From positions 62,001 to 119,004 of IMG/VR virus record IMGVR_UViG_3300001605_000010: DNA of 57,004 nucleotides; one strand, given 5' to 3'. Positions 9,438 to 21,855 of the stretch are shown here, piece by piece. A program made the translations under genes and the position numbers. Position 1 is the first letter of the stretch; every line of letters starts with the position of its first letter. The stretch is from an uncultured virus (IMG/VR IMGVR_UViG_3300001605_000010). Taxonomy: Duplodnaviria > Heunggongvirae > Uroviricota > Caudoviricetes. The notes beneath the pieces were generated by a model. That model saw only the letters and a program-made list of their open reading frames with translations, had not been told where the DNA came from and made no database searches.

Positions 9438-12353
9438 TTAGGTCCTCCCAACTACTACCTCGATGACACCACGATCACCATCGAAATCTTCAAGACTCTT
9501 GCCTATGATCGTTCCTGCAGCAGGAGCAACGGCTGCTCGTGCATAGCCTCCGGGTGCAGACACCAGCAAACTACCTTTGCTGACTGGGCCAATCACTCGG
9601 CACAGTACACGACCCATCAATGCTACTCCGGCTACATGCTGACCTTCCAATGCAGAGTTCATCAAGTATGCAGGGAGAGCAGTAACTACGCCGGCCACTG
9701 CAGTGTCGCTGTCATGTTGTGATATCGTGACTTCTTGCTCTCCACCAAATACTAAAACCGTGCCAGATTCATACGTGGCATCAGCCAGATAATTTTCTGC
9801 CAGGTCAGCATATTTTGCCTGGCTTGCTGTGCCAATAAAATTTGTTGCGGTAAGATTTCCGGTAGAGGGATTGAATGTAAATCCTGGATTGTCGACAAAC
9901 AGCGTGGATGCTGTGCCCACAAATGAAGCAACAAAAGGCACATAATAGTTGCTGTTGTCTGAAGTATCCTGTACCGCAATGGAACCAGCACCAGATGGTC
10001 CGGTGGCACCTGTGGGACCTGTTGCACCTGTGGCACCAGGAACTGTGGAAGCTGCGCCAGTTGCGCCGGTAGCACCTACACCTGTTGCTCCTGTGGCACC
10101 TGTGCTGCCTGGTACTGTAGAAGCTGCGCCGGTAGCACCAGCAGGTCCAGTGGCTCCTGTGGCGCCTGGGACCGTAGATGCTGCTCCAGTTGCGCCTGTA
10201 GGACCTGTGGCACCTGTTGCACCAAAATTAGTAGAGCTACCTGGTATACCAGTAGCGCCTTGTGGTCCCGTAGCACCTGTTGCACCGCCGGGCGATCCTT
10301 GCGGTCCCGTAGCACCTGTGGCGCCTACTCCGGTAGCACCTGTGGCTCCTATGCCTGCGAATATTCCTGGTTGACCGGTAGCGCCAGTAAGACCTGTGGC
10401 ACCTGTTGCGCCTGTGGCACCCCCGGGTGATCCTTGTGGTCCTGTTGCACCAGTGGCACCTGTGAGACCCAAAGGTCCAGTAGCTCCAGTGAGACCAACT
10501 CCAGTGGCTCCGGTAGCACCCGTGGCACCTCCCGGATCTCCTTGTAAGCCAGTAGCTCCTACTGGACCAGTGGAACCTGTTGCACCTGTGATACCTGTGG
10601 CTCCTCTGGGTCCCGTAGCACCTGTTGCACCTGCGCCAGTGGCTCCTGTAACTCCTGTTGCACCGGGAGATCCTGTTGCACCCGTGGCACCTGACGCACC
10701 AAATCCTGTAGCACCTGTGGCTCCGGTTGAACCTACTGCTCCTGTGGCTCCCGTTGCGCCTGTTGCGCCTGCGCCTGTTGCACCAGTGAGTCCGGTAGCA
10801 CCTTCAGGGCCTGTGGCGCCTTGTACTCCTGTGGCACCAGTGGCACCTGTGTCTCCTACGCCAGTGGCGCCTACACCGGTAGCACCTTGTGGGCCTGTGG
10901 CACCTGTTGCTCCTATGGGTCCAGAAGCACCTACACCTGTTGCTCCTGTGACGCCTGTAGCACCAGTGGCACCAGTGGGTCCAGAAGCACCTACACCTGT
11001 TGCTCCTGTGACACCTGTAGCACCTGTGGCACCTATGCCTGTGGCACCTGCGGGTCCTGTTGCGCCAGTGGCACCTATACCAGTAGCTCCTTGTGCGCCA
11101 GTGGCACCTGTAAGTCCCGAAGCTCCTTGTGCGCCGGTAGCTCCGGTGGCTCCTTGCATACCAGTAGCACCTACACCTGTGGCACCTTCGGGTCCTGTGG
11201 CACCAGTGGCGCCTATACCTGTGGCACCTGTGGGACCTGTGGCACCTGTGGCACCTATAGGACCAGTGGCACCTGTGGCACCTGTAACACCTGTAGCGCC
11301 TGCAACGCCGGCTGCTCCAGATAGATTGACGGTCCATGCAGAATATGTTCCCATGCCGGTGATAGAATCTATTTCTGCTACCATGGCACCGGTTCCGGGA
11401 TTGTAACTGGTCACGACGCCGGACATGAAGTTGTCAATATCATAAACTATGATCACGGGCTGTCCAGCAGTCCAGGCCAAACCAGTTTCAACAGTGAGAT
11501 TTTGTGTTCCTGTGCCAATGGTCAGAGAAGTTGACGAAGTAGTCGCATAACGATCTCCCACTGGACCAGTGGCTCCTGTGGCACCAGCACCCGTGGCTCC
11601 TTGCGGGCCAGTGGCTCCTGTGGCTCCTGTGGCACCTGTAGCGCCCACACCTGTAGCACCTTGTATACCAGTGGCTCCTTGAAGTCCTGTGGCACCTACA
11701 CCTGTAGCACCTTGGGAACCCGTGGCGCCTGTAAGGCCTGTGGCACCTGTAATACCTGTGGCGCCTTCTGCACCTGTGGCGCCTTCTGCACCTGTGGCAC
11801 CTGTGGCTCCTTCAGGGCCAGTGGCTCCTTGTACGCCTGTAGCGCCTTCTGCGCCAGTGGCACCTGTGGCTCCTTCAGGGCCAGTGGCACCCACACCTGT
11901 AGCACCTTCAGGTCCTGTGGCACCAGTGGCGCCTGTAAGGCCTGTGGCTCCTAAGCCAGTGGCACCTGTGGCACCTATGCCAGTGGCTCCTTGAGGGCCG
12001 GTGGCTCCTTGTGCGCCTGTGGCACCAGTGGCACCTGTGGCACCTAGGCCGGTGGCACCAATTGGGCCAGTGGCTCCTTGTGCGCCTGTGGCTCCTACTT
12101 CACCAGTGGCTCCTTGAGAGCCAGTGGCACCTTGTATGCCTGTGGCGCCTGTGGCACCTATGGGTCCTGTAGCGCCTGCTGTTCCGGATACCCAGGCACG
12201 TGTACCATCAGTGTCGCCGGTTAATACGTAACCGTCACCCGCAGGAACACCGAGATTGGGTTCGGCTTGCTCCAAGGACAGATAATCATATCTCTCCGCG
12301 GATACCTCTGAGGGTGGGGTGGTTTTTACTCTTCCAGAAAGTAGTTTTGCCAT
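9438..12353 (-). CDS. Collagen-like (Gly-Ala-Thr) tail fibre with C-terminal intramolecular chaperone-like domain
   Basis: Long G-A-T/G-P-x triplet tracts; C-terminal ADLAENY...GTVLVFGG...PAYLMN...GTIIGKSLE. Start MAKLLSG follows the upstream stop. Confidence 0.8.
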   Translation of the reverse strand: MAKLLSGRVKTTPPSEVSAERYDYLSLEQAEPNLGVPAGDGYVLTGDTDGTRAWVSGTAGATGPIGATGATGIQGATGSQGATGEVGATGAQGATGPIGATGLGATGATGATGAQGATGPQGATGIGATGATGLGATGLTGATGATGPEGATGVGATGPEGATGATGAEGATGVQGATGPEGATGATGAEGATGAEGATGITGATGLTGATGSQGATGVGATGLQGATGIQGATGVGATGATGATGATGPQGATGAGATGATGPVGDRYATTSSTSLTIGTGTQNLTVETGLAWTAGQPVIIVYDIDNFMSGVVTSYNPGTGAMVAEIDSITGMGTYSAWTVNLSGAAGVAGATGVTGATGATGPIGATGATGPTGATGIGATGATGPEGATGVGATGMQGATGATGAQGASGLTGATGAQGATGIGATGATGPAGATGIGATGATGVTGATGVGASGPTGATGATGVTGATGVGASGPIGATGATGPQGATGVGATGVGDTGATGATGVQGATGPEGATGLTGATGAGATGATGATGAVGSTGATGATGFGASGATGATGSPGATGVTGATGAGATGATGPRGATGITGATGSTGPVGATGLQGDPGGATGATGATGVGLTGATGPLGLTGATGATGPQGSPGGATGATGATGLTGATGQPGIFAGIGATGATGVGATGATGPQGSPGGATGATGPQGATGIPGSSTNFGATGATGPTGATGAASTVPGATGATGPAGATGAASTVPGSTGATGATGVGATGATGAASTVPGATGATGPTGATGPSGAGSIAVQDTSDNSNYYVPFVASFVGTASTLFVDNPGFTFNPSTGNLTATNFIGTASQAKYADLAENYLADATYESGTVLVFGGEQEVTISQHDSDTAVAGVVTALPAYLMNSALEGQHVAGVALMGRVLCRVIGPVSKGSLLVSAPGGYARAAVAPAAGTIIGKSLEDFDGDRGVIEVVVGRT
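9990..12180. repeat. Low-complexity coding repeat (Gly-X-Y triplets)
   Basis: Tandem gtggcacct/gtagcacct-type 9-mers, interrupted by a non-collagen domain at about 11320-11555. Confidence 0.9.
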
Positions 12354-12354
12354 A

Positions 12355-12678
12355 TCAGTTCTGTGATTCCAATACACTCATCACCAGCTGCAGGGTGTTG
12401 TCGCTGCCCCCGGAGAAAAATACTCTCTGGCCAGGTTCAAGAACCAGTTTACCTGTCAACAATCCCGCAGAATCATTGCCCGGAACTTCAAATTCATAGG
12501 CCAAGAAAGTTTCCACGCTGTCTGTGAGAACCGACATGCTCACGATCTCTGGTGTGGCAGTGACATTAGTGACCTGTGCCATGAGAACGATGCCAGTGAA
12601 TCCCGGCGGGGTTTCGTAGACTTCTTCTCCGACTACGAGCAGACTTTTCGTCACGCTTTTAAAAATATTGATTGCCAT
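12355..12678 (-). CDS. Small virion structural protein (putative)
   Basis: 107-aa beta-rich ORF within the tail operon. Confidence 0.6.
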   Translation of the reverse strand: MAINIFKSVTKSLLVVGEEVYETPPGFTGIVLMAQVTNVTATPEIVSMSVLTDSVETFLAYEFEVPGNDSAGLLTGKLVLEPGQRVFFSGGSDNTLQLVMSVLESQN

Positions 12679-12685
12679 TGTGGTG

Positions 12686-13981
12686 TTATCCTTCGATCGC
12701 TAGTATGTATGGTGTCAACACAGCAAACAGGGCCTTGTCAAATGTGTCGCCGGTAATGGTGCCTGATGAACCGTTGATGGTGAGCTGGTCACCGATGCGG
12801 AAATCGCCGCGCTGATCAGTGGCAGTATACACCACTGATCCCCCGTCAAGTTGACGGACTTCGTTGGCCTGCACCGGCATAGCACCTGTGGCCGGCAACG
12901 CATTGGCCAGCACATTGCCAGTGCCCACCCATTCAAATGTGTGAGAACTGGCGTTGATAGCACTGCGTATGTAAAAAGTCACTGGAGTACCATTGGCAAA
13001 TGCCACGCTGAGTTCTTCGGATATGGTTATCACGCTCTGTCCAGCTGTGATTGGTGTAGCTTCCCATATATCGTAGAGAGTGACACCACCATCAAAGCTC
13101 AGAGATTGATTTGAAGTGGGCTGTTGTGAAAGTCCGCTGATCAGGAGATTGCGGCCGATCTGATTGGCACCATTTACCGTGCCAGTATTGGATAGAGTGA
13201 CCTTGCCACGTGCTACCAGTCCAAAAGTACCAAAGCTGGTGTTGGAGTTGGTGATGCTGCAATAGCCGCCATTTTCTACCAGGATACCTTCCTGGCAACA
13301 GATAGTGAAAATACTCACCAGCTGTGCGTAGCCTTGGTTGAGTATGTGTATGCCTATACCACCTTCGTTGACTTGTGTGTAAGAATCAGTGACCATGCTT
13401 TTCAGGCCCTGGGCTAGATTGCCGTCTACCCGCATGCCGCAACCTGTTCCAGTGATGCTGGAACNATTTTGTATGTAAGGGCTAGTGGTTATAAAGCCAG
13501 CACCGCCTGTGGGAAAAGCTATGGCTGCCGCAGGTGATTGGTGCCCGCGAAAAGTTATGCCAGAAATATAATCGGCATTTTGCACATGGAAAATATCTTG
13601 TGTAACGTTCGCGGGACGCACCGAAACGCTGCGGAGATTGTCTCCCCAGATAGTGCAGTTGCGCGGCATCACTATGGGATTGTCTTCAGTGTAGTCTCCG
13701 GACTTGACAAAAATGCAGACTTTTTCTCCGGGATTGTTTTGCAGATAGGAAGTGGCTACCTGTACCGCACGTTTGATGGTGAGAAAGGATTGTCCCAGGG
13801 CATTACCGGCGTTGCTGTCATTGCCGCTTTTGCTGACATAATAAACATTCTTGACGATGCCGCCAATCGGAGTCGCATAGAGTTCCTGGAAATTTTCATT
13901 GATTTTGATGTACGCGGTGCGTAACGGATCACCGTTTCCGTCATCCGGTGCTGCACCAACAATAACTGGTTGAAATGCCAT
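12686..13981 (-). CDS. Tail fibre/spike protein with baseplate-anchoring N-terminus and beta-helix-like body
   Basis: N-terminal GAAPDDGNGDPLRTAYIKINENF (T4 gp9/gp10-like motif), then YYVSKSGNDSN...TIKRA; TAAATA at 14000-14005. Confidence 0.7.
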   Translation of the reverse strand: MAFQPVIVGAAPDDGNGDPLRTAYIKINENFQELYATPIGGIVKNVYYVSKSGNDSNAGNALGQSFLTIKRAVQVATSYLQNNPGEKVCIFVKSGDYTEDNPIVMPRNCTIWGDNLRSVSVRPANVTQDIFHVQNADYISGITFRGHQSPAAAIAFPTGGAGFITTSPYIQNXSSITGTGCGMRVDGNLAQGLKSMVTDSYTQVNEGGIGIHILNQGYAQLVSIFTICCQEGILVENGGYCSITNSNTSFGTFGLVARGKVTLSNTGTVNGANQIGRNLLISGLSQQPTSNQSLSFDGGVTLYDIWEATPITAGQSVITISEELSVAFANGTPVTFYIRSAINASSHTFEWVGTGNVLANALPATGAMPVQANEVRQLDGGSVVYTATDQRGDFRIGDQLTINGSSGTITGDTFDKALFAVLTPYILAIEG

Positions 13982-14049
13982 AATAATCCCCTTCGGAAGT
14001 ATTTATGGCGATGGAGCGGATTGGTGTATTGGGGTTATTTCTGTGGTTT

Positions 14050-15201
14050 TTAGCGGGATTTTTTTGATTTTATCTCAGGATATTGTTTTTGCAACCAGGA
14101 AATATCCTGGCGATCAGGATCACGCTGATACCATCCTTTGCCGGTGTGTACATCCATGACCATCTGAAAATATTCCTCGTACATGGGTGCCACACGCTCC
14201 ATGGTGAAGTTTTCAGCCCAGGTGCGACATGCCCGTGGATCGATGCGTTCGATATTGTTGGCAGCCCAGCAGAACTGATCGAATGTGCGGCAGCGGTATC
14301 CCGTGATGCCGTGTATGTTGTTTTCTGTGAAACTACCCCAGTCCGTGGTTATGGTGGGTGTACCCGACATCAACATCTCGACCTGCACTCCGCCAAAGGG
14401 TTCTAGGTATTGACTGGCCACGAACGCTCCCTTGGCCCGGGCCATGTATTCTCGCCTACGTTCCACGTCAGCATATCCAATAAAATCCACGTGCGAAGGG
14501 AATTTGATATCGTCGGGATTTTGCCCGGCCACTACTAGATAGTTGCCCGTGGCTTCGGTGGCCTGTACAGCGATCTCTATGCCCTTGCCCGAATAAACAC
14601 GGCCCAGGAACAGGAAAAAGTTATCTTTTTTCTCCCGGAATTCAAAATCCTCGGGATCAAAGTAGTTGGGAATCACAGCATCATACCAGTCCTGACGGCA
14701 GCTGCCCACGCTTTCTAGCCCGCAATAAGCATGATAGATAGCATAGCTTTCGAATATCTTCCAGCGAGCCCAGTGTCCACCAGCATAGCCAATGCCGGGT
14801 TCTACACAGATGATGTCAGGGTGAGCATCACACACAGGACGCACTCCAGCACCCCAGAAAGGCAGTATGAAATCATTTTTGCGTTTTCTTTTGCCTACTT
14901 CTCGTATGGCGTTTTTAAAGAAAGTCTGATAGGCATGATCTCCCATGTCAAACTTGTAGAAATTCTTTCTCCAGTCATGATTACCGTAGGCTTTTTTCAA
15001 GTCCCGGTTTGTGGTCACAGTGACATGTTCGGTGCAGATCAGATCGCTGTCTTCATGACCGTAGTGTATGACTTCGTGCCCGCGGGCAGTCATCATCTGA
15101 CCGAATTTTACGACCTTTTGGGTATAAGCACAGGCATTGTATTCTTTGGAACTTACTGTGTGGGGTAATCCTAGGATATGGAATCGAAATTTGTCTGTCA
15201 T
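14050..15201 (-). CDS. Glycosyltransferase, GT-B/GT4-like
   Basis: [12 protein letters not shown]...[27 protein letters not shown] (ExFGxxxxE motif); ATGA overlap with the heme oxygenase gene. Confidence 0.85.
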   Translation of the reverse strand: MTDKFRFHILGLPHTVSSKEYNACAYTQKVVKFGQMMTARGHEVIHYGHEDSDLICTEHVTVTTNRDLKKAYGNHDWRKNFYKFDMGDHAYQTFFKNAIREVGKRKRKNDFILPFWGAGVRPVCDAHPDIICVEPGIGYAGGHWARWKIFESYAIYHAYCGLESVGSCRQDWYDAVIPNYFDPEDFEFREKKDNFFLFLGRVYSGKGIEIAVQATEATGNYLVVAGQNPDDIKFPSHVDFIGYADVERRREYMARAKGAFVASQYLEPFGGVQVEMLMSGTPTITTDWGSFTENNIHGITGYRCRTFDQFCWAANNIERIDPRACRTWAENFTMERVAPMYEEYFQMVMDVHTGKGWYQRDPDRQDISWLQKQYPEIKSKKSR

Positions 15202-15746
15202 CCAGTATGTATTTTGCGCCAAAGGTCCTGGAAAATATCTGAGAAGTGATCGAACGCTGTTAGTGCTTCGGGGGCAAGATCCATCGACAGCTTTGCATTG
15301 AATCTTTTCACCAGATCCGCACGATTATCAAATTCATACCAGCGTCCCGTGCCCGGCACACGCCGTGATATCAGTTTGCCACCGTACATGTCTCCGAGAT
15401 GTCGTACGTATACATGGGCAAAGAGATCTTCTACATTTTCGGATTCATAAAGACTGGAGAGATAGTCTAGATAGTTGCGGGTGGCCGGAGTTAGTTCCGC
15501 TTGATATCCCGGAGCAAGCTCTTCTAAATCCTGGGCCATCCTCTCGGCACGGGGTAGCTCGGGAAGGTCATCTAACAAGCCGGCCATGGCAGCGAGATTT
15601 TCCAAGTGACGGTATATAGCCAGCATCTCGGCCAGATAGATCACATAGTGTTCCGCAGTGATACCACCATGGAGTAGATACTGTATGAATGGTAGGTTTT
15701 CAACAGCTTGGTGTCGTTCCTGTGTAACTTCTCGTAGTATGCTCAT
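15198..15746 (-). CDS. Biliverdin-producing heme oxygenase
   Basis: [13 protein letters not shown] (proximal His) and [14 protein letters not shown] motifs. Confidence 0.9.
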   Translation of the reverse strand: MSILREVTQERHQAVENLPFIQYLLHGGITAEHYVIYLAEMLAIYRHLENLAAMAGLLDDLPELPRAERMAQDLEELAPGYQAELTPATRNYLDYLSSLYESENVEDLFAHVYVRHLGDMYGGKLISRRVPGTGRWYEFDNRADLVKRFNAKLSMDLAPEALTAFDHFSDIFQDLWRKIHTG

Positions 15747-15783
15747 TGATGTTTATAGGTATGTGTATATCGTAATTATGATT

Positions 15784-15797
15784 TTGTGCCGCGCAAA
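15784..15797. promoter_or_regulatory. PhaR-like box upstream of heme oxygenase
   Basis: TTGTGCCGCGCAAA (TGC-N3-GCA core) in an AT-rich intergenic gap. Confidence 0.4.
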
Positions 15798-15815
15798 GTG
15801 TTATATTTTGTATCT

Positions 15816-16601
15816 TTATTTTATGTAAACCGCATAAGAGTTTATATCCGTCCGTAGACTGTTGGTTGTAGCCGCTACGTCGGCCATGCCATATAGGAAG
15901 TTCCCCAAAGGATTGGTCCAAGATCCTGTGCCTTGTGCATTACCTGAACGACCTTGGGCCTGTAATTCTGTGCTGGGTCCACATACTGTCCACCATGAAT
16001 TCGCTGCATAGATCCAGTCCCCAGGTGCGTTGATCACCAAGCTGGTGTTCATCTGAGTATGTCCTTTGACAGGATACCAGGTACCAGTCATGGGCGTATT
16101 GTTCACAAAAGCCGGATAGTTAGATACAGTGCTCAACAACAAGTTGCTGGGATTATTGTATATGACCCGGTTGGCTATACTCATGTTGGCCAACAAAGGA
16201 ATCTGACTGGCAGAGGTAGAAGCCATCTTCAACACCTGCGAACACTGAGCAGACCCGTTATGAAACCAAAGATCCATGGTGCTTGCTCGCAATCGATTCA
16301 AGGTTCCTTGTCCATTTTCCCAAGCATTGGGATAACTCAAGCCAGCAGTGACGCCTGGAACCACGACACCAGTAAAGGCTGGCGTATAACCAATCAACAT
16401 CCAACCGCCTGACTCATCGGTCATGTTGCAGTAGACCTGGAGTGGAGAGCTCATGGTAGATGTTTGAATGTAATACCAGCCGGAATCAGTTTGTCCTGAA
16501 TCCAAAATGTCTTGTGCTGATGTACCAGGATTTTCTATGGTGCCTCGGTTATTGACATCACGTATTATAACCCCACGGAGTGCTACACCTTGGATCCTCA
16601 T
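15816..16601 (-). CDS. Fibrinogen-related domain protein (putative receptor-binding)
   Basis: SAQDIL...SGWYYI...[16 protein letters not shown] signature. Confidence 0.7.
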   Translation of the reverse strand: MRIQGVALRGVIIRDVNNRGTIENPGTSAQDILDSGQTDSGWYYIQTSTMSSPLQVYCNMTDESGGWMLIGYTPAFTGVVVPGVTAGLSYPNAWENGQGTLNRLRASTMDLWFHNGSAQCSQVLKMASTSASQIPLLANMSIANRVIYNNPSNLLLSTVSNYPAFVNNTPMTGTWYPVKGHTQMNTSLVINAPGDWIYAANSWWTVCGPSTELQAQGRSGNAQGTGSWTNPLGNFLYGMADVAATTNSLRTDINSYAVYIK

Positions 16602-19105
16602 GCCAACCTTTCGATGCTGATGAAGTTGTTGAGATAAGCAGGACCTATCATCAGTGTTACACGATACATCCTGTTGTTGGTTTTATCGTATATGGTGTAT
16701 TGTGCGCTATTGCCTTCGGCCACAAAGTTCCAACTGAACAGAGAACCAGATGGGGTGGTAGTGACCGAAAGATTGTTGACTGAATCTCCACCAACTCCGC
16801 CTGAACCTCCGTACCATGCTCCTATGTTGGCGGAAAATGATCCCGATACCGCAGCCACGCTCAGTCCACGATTACTACTGGTTGGCACCGTGACTGTAAG
16901 ATTGTCCATGGTCAGGAATACGCCAGCATCCACAAGACCGCTGACTTTCCACATCAATTCGCCACCTACTCCCACAGGTGCTTTGGCGAGATCAAGCGAC
17001 ACACCCCGAGTGGTACCGCCACCTTCAAAGATCCTCACTTGATCATTGTAGGAATCGATGATCACGCCGTTTGTTATATTCGCGTTGGCCGAGGCTGCAA
17101 GTTGTATCTCACCGCCTTCGTTGCCCACAGAGTTTGTTGATATCAGCACTTTACCGGTGACATCGCCTACCGCTGACACATTTCCCGGCAAAGACACATT
17201 GCCGGTATTGTCAAATGTTGAAGTATATGCTCCTGCGACTAGATCTACGTTGGCTGATGTGCCTGTGACGTTGCCGGTGATGGAGATGTTGCCCGTAAAG
17301 TTTTGTGCTGTGACATTGCCGGTGAACGTGCCTGTGTTGGCCGAGATGCCACCGCTACCCACGATGTTGCCACCAAAAGGCAAGTTGAGATCACCCAAAA
17401 CATCAAACGTCCAGTTTTTAAGCGTGCCGGCTACGTTGCTGCGGATTTCTAGGTTGGCATCATTCTGCAAGCGGGTGGCTGAAATGTTGCCGACGTTACT
17501 GATGCTAAAACCTTGACCGTTGATGTTGGCTGTGAGGTTGCCGGAGAATGATCCAGTGGCACCTGTTGCTCCATCTGCTCCGGCTGGCCCAGTGGCACCC
17601 GTTGGTCCCGTTGCTCCATCTGCTCCGGCTGGGCCAGTGGCACCCGTTGGTCCTGTTGCTCCATCTGCTCCGGCTGGGCCAGTGGCACCCGTTGGTCCTG
17701 TTGCTCCATCTGCTCCGGCTGGGCCAGTGGCACCTGTGGGGCCAGTAGCACCCACTGGTCCGGTAGCTCCTGACGGTGTACCTGTGAGCAGGCTACCATC
17801 ACCGATGAAATAGTTGGCAGAGATATTACCCGTGGTGGTGATACTACTGTTGCTATCATTGCTGAGCACAGGTTCGCCAGCCACAGTGAGAGTGTTCCCG
17901 GATACTGCCAAGGCCACACCACCGATATAGATAGTGTTACCTGAGATCCAGAGTTCGCCCCACTGGTTATCTGAGGATCCCAGACTGTAACTGTTGCTGA
18001 GCTTGGGAAGAATGTTCCCTGCACCAGTTAATGATCCATCAACATTGAAATCCCAAAATATATTACCATTGACCTGTACTTCGACCTTGCCATTGGCATC
18101 GGGTATTATGACTTGGCTGTTGCCGTTGGTTATGAGTCCAGTACTGGGTATCGCCCAGAAAAGATTACCTTCTCCGTCGGTTCTCAATACCTGATTGAAA
18201 TCGCCATCTTCTGCTGGAAAAGTATAATTGGGAAAGTCAGTAGTGCCATTGACATTGAAATTCCAATCCTGTTCCGGACCACCGTTGTCCACTCTCAGTC
18301 GTATGAACCCATGCTCCATGTACAGCTCGGTGGCCAGCTCGCCATCGTTGTAAGCAATGAGATTTATGAACCCATCAGGCCCGCTGGAAATGTATTCGGT
18401 GTCGAATTCTCGACTGCTGAACCAACCTCCCCCAGCAGGTGCTGACAAAAATCCATCATTGATCTGCCATGTACTGCCGGTGCCGTCGGTGACAATTAAT
18501 TCTGGCACTTGCCATCTTTTGTTTGTTGTCAATCGATTGGTGTTGCTGACATAGGTGATGGTGGCGTCGGCTCCTGCTATGGTTATACCAGCACCATTGG
18601 CTGCTGAGGCATTGGGACTGCCATTGGCGATGGTGATGTTTTTGTCAGTGATGTCGAGATTGGCCACGTTTACAGTGATGGTATTACCTGTGACCGTGAG
18701 ATTGCCATCGATGTCAACGTTTCCGCCCAGGAAAAGATCACCAATCACTGAAACGTTGTTTGCTGTTAGATTTCCCAGAGTATCAATATCAGCACTGGAA
18801 TATATCGAGCGGAATCGCTTGTTGAGTGACCCTAAATCTCGTGTTTGTGTAAAATCAGGGACGATACTGCTGTTGACTTGTATGACACCAACGCCATTGG
18901 GCTTGATCACGATATTGCCATTGGTGGCATCGTTCTGTATGGTGTTGTTGGCGATGGTTATGTTGCTGCCAACCGGACCGGCAAGCCAGATGTTGGAGAA
19001 ATTCTCGTCGGTTTTTATGAACGCAGTGCGTAAGGGATCACCGGTGCCATCATTGGCTTGGGCACCGTAATCTATGAGTTGTTGGGTATTTCCTGTGTTT
19101 GACAT
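16598..19105 (-). CDS. Tail fibre protein with short collagen segment
   Basis: N-terminal [23 protein letters not shown] and [15 protein letters not shown] repeats; TAAATA at 19125-19130. Confidence 0.75.
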   Translation of the reverse strand: MSNTGNTQQLIDYGAQANDGTGDPLRTAFIKTDENFSNIWLAGPVGSNITIANNTIQNDATNGNIVIKPNGVGVIQVNSSIVPDFTQTRDLGSLNKRFRSIYSSADIDTLGNLTANNVSVIGDLFLGGNVDIDGNLTVTGNTITVNVANLDITDKNITIANGSPNASAANGAGITIAGADATITYVSNTNRLTTNKRWQVPELIVTDGTGSTWQINDGFLSAPAGGGWFSSREFDTEYISSGPDGFINLIAYNDGELATELYMEHGFIRLRVDNGGPEQDWNFNVNGTTDFPNYTFPAEDGDFNQVLRTDGEGNLFWAIPSTGLITNGNSQVIIPDANGKVEVQVNGNIFWDFNVDGSLTGAGNILPKLSNSYSLGSSDNQWGELWISGNTIYIGGVALAVSGNTLTVAGEPVLSNDSNSSITTTGNISANYFIGDGSLLTGTPSGATGPVGATGPTGATGPAGADGATGPTGATGPAGADGATGPTGATGPAGADGATGPTGATGPAGADGATGATGSFSGNLTANINGQGFSISNVGNISATRLQNDANLEIRSNVAGTLKNWTFDVLGDLNLPFGGNIVGSGGISANTGTFTGNVTAQNFTGNISITGNVTGTSANVDLVAGAYTSTFDNTGNVSLPGNVSAVGDVTGKVLISTNSVGNEGGEIQLAASANANITNGVIIDSYNDQVRIFEGGGTTRGVSLDLAKAPVGVGGELMWKVSGLVDAGVFLTMDNLTVTVPTSSNRGLSVAAVSGSFSANIGAWYGGSGGVGGDSVNNLSVTTTPSGSLFSWNFVAEGNSAQYTIYDKTNNRMYRVTLMIGPAYLNNFISIERLA
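17553..17740. repeat. About four near-perfect 45-bp tandem repeats
   Basis: Unit CCAGTGGCACCCGTTGGTCCYGTTGCTCCATCTGCTCCGGCTGGG encodes [15 protein letters not shown]. Confidence 0.85.
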
Positions 19106-19157
19106 CGGGCAGTCCTCGTTCCATTATTTACCGGAACTGCTCGATTGAGATCTACTA

Positions 19158-19481
19158 CTATCCCGGGCTAAAGCTGGAACCGCAGCCGCAGGAAGTTTGG
19201 GCGTTGGGATTGTCTATCACGAAGCTGGCGCCCATGTCAGATTCTTCCCAGCGTATCTTGGCACCCTGGAGATATCCCCAGCTCATGGAATCTACCAACA
19301 CAGTGAGACCATCAAACTGGAGATCAAAGTCGTCTTCGTTCTGCTCTTCATCAAAGGTAAATCCGTATTGCATGCCCGAGCAGCCACCACCTTGCACAAA
19401 AACACGGAATTTGATGTTGGGGTTGTTTTCTTCAGATTTTAACTCGCGGAGTTTTGACACCGCTGCTTCATTGAGTTCCAT
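19158..19481 (-). CDS. erpA: A-type Fe-S carrier ErpA/IscA (HesB family)
   Basis: [16 protein letters not shown] and [14 protein letters not shown]. Confidence 0.92.
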   Translation of the reverse strand: MELNEAAVSKLRELKSEENNPNIKFRVFVQGGGCSGMQYGFTFDEEQNEDDFDLQFDGLTVLVDSMSWGYLQGAKIRWEESDMGASFVIDNPNAQTSCGCGSSFSPG

Positions 19482-19493
19482 TATATGCTCCGT

Positions 19494-20054
19494 TTATAAG
19501 CGTTCGTTGATGACATCCCAGTTGATTATCCGCCAGATGTCATTGAAGTATTTCTGTTTGTCCCACTGGTATTGTAGGCTCCATGCATGTTCCCAGGCAT
19601 CGATCAGCAGAGCGATATCAGTGCGCACTGCATGATTCCGTATGGTTTTTATCTCTCCGGTGGTGGAAAGATACACCCATCCGCTGCCTTGTATGCCCAT
19701 GAATGCTTTTTTCATCTCTTCCTGGAAGTCTTCGTAGGTCTTGAACTTGAGCTCTATCAATTCCTGTATCGCACCCCGGGGACGATTCGCTGATTTGGGT
19801 GCTCGGAACTGCGGGAAGAATTTGTTGTGTAGATAGCTGCCGGCACGATTGAAATCTGCATCTCCTTCTCCGGCGTTGTATCTTTTGGCATAGCCCTTAG
19901 CCAGATGCTCGAAATGATATTCCAAGGTCTCCGCGCTCATCACAGGGTCAAGATCTTTCATACCATAGGGCAAAGGGGTGGTTTCCAGCTTGGCCGGACG
20001 TGTGGTAGCTTCGATGAGTTCTATGTGTTCACGCATGTGAGGAAGATGGTCCAT
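19494..20054 (-). CDS. sod: Fe/Mn superoxide dismutase (compact)
   Basis: LPY...LDPVMS.ETLEYH, HNKFF, GSGWVYL and DAWEHA metal-ligand motifs. Confidence 0.88.
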   Translation of the reverse strand: MDHLPHMREHIELIEATTRPAKLETTPLPYGMKDLDPVMSAETLEYHFEHLAKGYAKRYNAGEGDADFNRAGSYLHNKFFPQFRAPKSANRPRGAIQELIELKFKTYEDFQEEMKKAFMGIQGSGWVYLSTTGEIKTIRNHAVRTDIALLIDAWEHAWSLQYQWDKQKYFNDIWRIINWDVINERL

Positions 20055-20062
20055 GCAGATAT

Positions 20063-20281
20063 TTATCGACGCCGGGTTATCCTGCCACGTGTGAGATCAT
20101 AAGGACTAAATTCTATTTCCACACGATCACCCAGGAGTATTTTGATGTTGTGCTTTCTCATACGACCCGAAATCACGCCCAACACAGTGTTTTCGAATCC
20201 ATCCAACCGCACGCGGAAGGTAGCGTTGGGCAAGACTTCTTCTACCTGCCCTTCCATTTTTAATGCTTCTTCTTTAGCCAA
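20063..20281 (-). CDS. infA: Translation initiation factor IF-1
   Basis: [24 protein letters not shown]...[31 protein letters not shown]. Confidence 0.95.
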   Translation of the reverse strand: MAKEEALKMEGQVEEVLPNATFRVRLDGFENTVLGVISGRMRKHNIKILLGDRVEIEFSPYDLTRGRITRRR

Positions 20282-20618
20282 GTCGGAACTCTATTTTCTT
20301 GATGCGGTCCCAGCGGAAACTCCGCCAGGCCTGTTGGGTAGTATCCCAGACCACACAAACTTCGGGGTTGGATTTTTTCACGGGTCGATCAGTGTTTTCA
20401 TTCACGATGTACTTAGCACCTAGTTCTTCGTTCAGAGTACATTTCATGGATCGGAACTCGCCATCGGCTTTGACAAAGTCCACAGTGGCTTCGGTGGTTT
20501 TCAATAGATCTCGCAGCCATTTCTTGAAGATATCTCGTTCCAGTTCCGAAGCTTGGCAATAATAGTTGCCGGGATCATCGGAAAGCTCTCGCCAGACCTG
20601 GGATTGTTTGAAGTCCAT
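20274..20618 (-). CDS. SH3/Sm-like (WYL_2-type) phage protein
   Basis: [15 protein letters not shown]...VWD...WRSFRWD motif. Confidence 0.65.
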   Translation of the reverse strand: MDFKQSQVWRELSDDPGNYYCQASELERDIFKKWLRDLLKTTEATVDFVKADGEFRSMKCTLNEELGAKYIVNENTDRPVKKSNPEVCVVWDTTQQAWRSFRWDRIKKIEFRLG

Positions 20619-20627
20619 GTTGGTTCC

Positions 20628-21461
20628 TTATAGTTCGATCAATTTTGGTTGCCACGATTCGGCACGAGCTTCGTACCCTATGTAACCACGTGGATTACAT
20701 ACCACTCGGGTGGCACCGATCTCGTAGTCAAAATCTTCGTGGGTGTGTCCGTGTGTCCATAGGCGTATCTCAGGGCGATCTAAGATGAATTCTTCAAGAT
20801 TGCTGCGATAACATCCATTCATGATATTGTCATGAGCATATTTGGGATGAACCGACAGATCGCTGGGAGAATGGTGTCCTACCACGATCACCCGATCGGA
20901 TCTTTCTCCTTGGGCACGTCGATTGTCTATTACCGTGGCGATGTAGTTTTTCATCCGCATGTGATCTTCAAGAGCATGTTCCGGGATGAACTTGTAAAAA
21001 CTCACATGGCTGTTTTTCACCCCACGGAAGTCATTCATCATGTCCTTGGCGTGGTACAAAGTCAAGGCATCATTTTTGTTGAAATCAGTCCACAGCGTGC
21101 CACCGATGAACAGATAGTCTTGATATTCCCAAGTGCTTTTTTCCAAGAGATGCACATTGTCCAATCCCTCGGATATCAGCATCTCCTGCAGACGGCTTTG
21201 TGTCTTGGCAAAGTCTCCGTGATAGTGTTCGTGATTGCCCATGACAAACACAGTTTCCGGAAAGTCACGGCTCACACGCCGGAAGAAATCTCGCACTCGT
21301 TGGCTGCGGCTGCCTTCCATGAGACCGTTGGGGTCGGGCTGTCCAATGTCCTTGGCCACACAGATGTCTCCCGACAGGATCAACACGTCTACATTGTCGC
21401 GATTTTCAAGTTGTAGATCACCAAACTCTAAATGGATGTCACTGGTTACATATAATTTCAT
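20628..21461 (-). CDS. Calcineurin-like metallophosphoesterase
   Basis: SDIHLE, GD, GNHE, HH and HGHTH motifs. Confidence 0.9.
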   Translation of the reverse strand: MKLYVTSDIHLEFGDLQLENRDNVDVLILSGDICVAKDIGQPDPNGLMEGSRSQRVRDFFRRVSRDFPETVFVMGNHEHYHGDFAKTQSRLQEMLISEGLDNVHLLEKSTWEYQDYLFIGGTLWTDFNKNDALTLYHAKDMMNDFRGVKNSHVSFYKFIPEHALEDHMRMKNYIATVIDNRRAQGERSDRVIVVGHHSPSDLSVHPKYAHDNIMNGCYRSNLEEFILDRPEIRLWTHGHTHEDFDYEIGATRVVCNPRGYIGYEARAESWQPKLIEL

Positions 21462-21462
21462 A

Positions 21463-21855
21463 CTACCTTCTCATACGGGCTATATCCACGGCATCTTCAT
21501 CTGAGAAAATGGGCACAGCATTTGACTTGTGCATGGTACCAATGCCCCGGATCTTGGTACCTGTGTATTGCGGAGTGGCCTTGACTGTTACAGGACCAGT
21601 GACACCGGTGTCAAGGCTAGGAATGTTTTGCGGCTCTCGGCCCGGAGGATACTGTGGCACCGGACAGGATTTTTCAGCCACTGGAAATTTGGCAGTGGAA
21701 AAGCGCGGGGCCAATCGATCCCATTCACGCTGCTTCTGTTCCCAGGCTTCTCGGAGATCTCGGGCCTGCTGTGCCGCGGCCGCAGAAGCATACTTCCGGC
21801 GTTTAGATCGGACCTTGCCTGTGGTGGTAAGCCATGGGCCTTCAAGATGCATCAT
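21463..21855 (-). CDS. Conserved hypothetical phage protein
   Basis: C-terminal YTGTKIRGIGTMHKSNAVPIF, a motif recalled from T4-like phages. Confidence 0.65.
   Translation of the reverse strand: MMHLEGPWLTTTGKVRSKRRKYASAAAAQQARDLREAWEQKQREWDRLAPRFSTAKFPVAEKSCPVPQYPPGREPQNIPSLDTGVTGPVTVKATPQYTGTKIRGIGTMHKSNAVPIFSDEDAVDIARMRR

Noticed and set aside
9949..11994. Long plus-strand Pro/Val/Ala-rich and Cys/Arg-rich ORFs
   Set aside because: Antisense or alternate-frame shadows of the collagen repeat; no RBS or independent signal.
17553..17740. Tandem repeats as a possible CRISPR array
   Set aside because: Contiguous in-frame coding repeats without unique spacers; no cas genes in the window.
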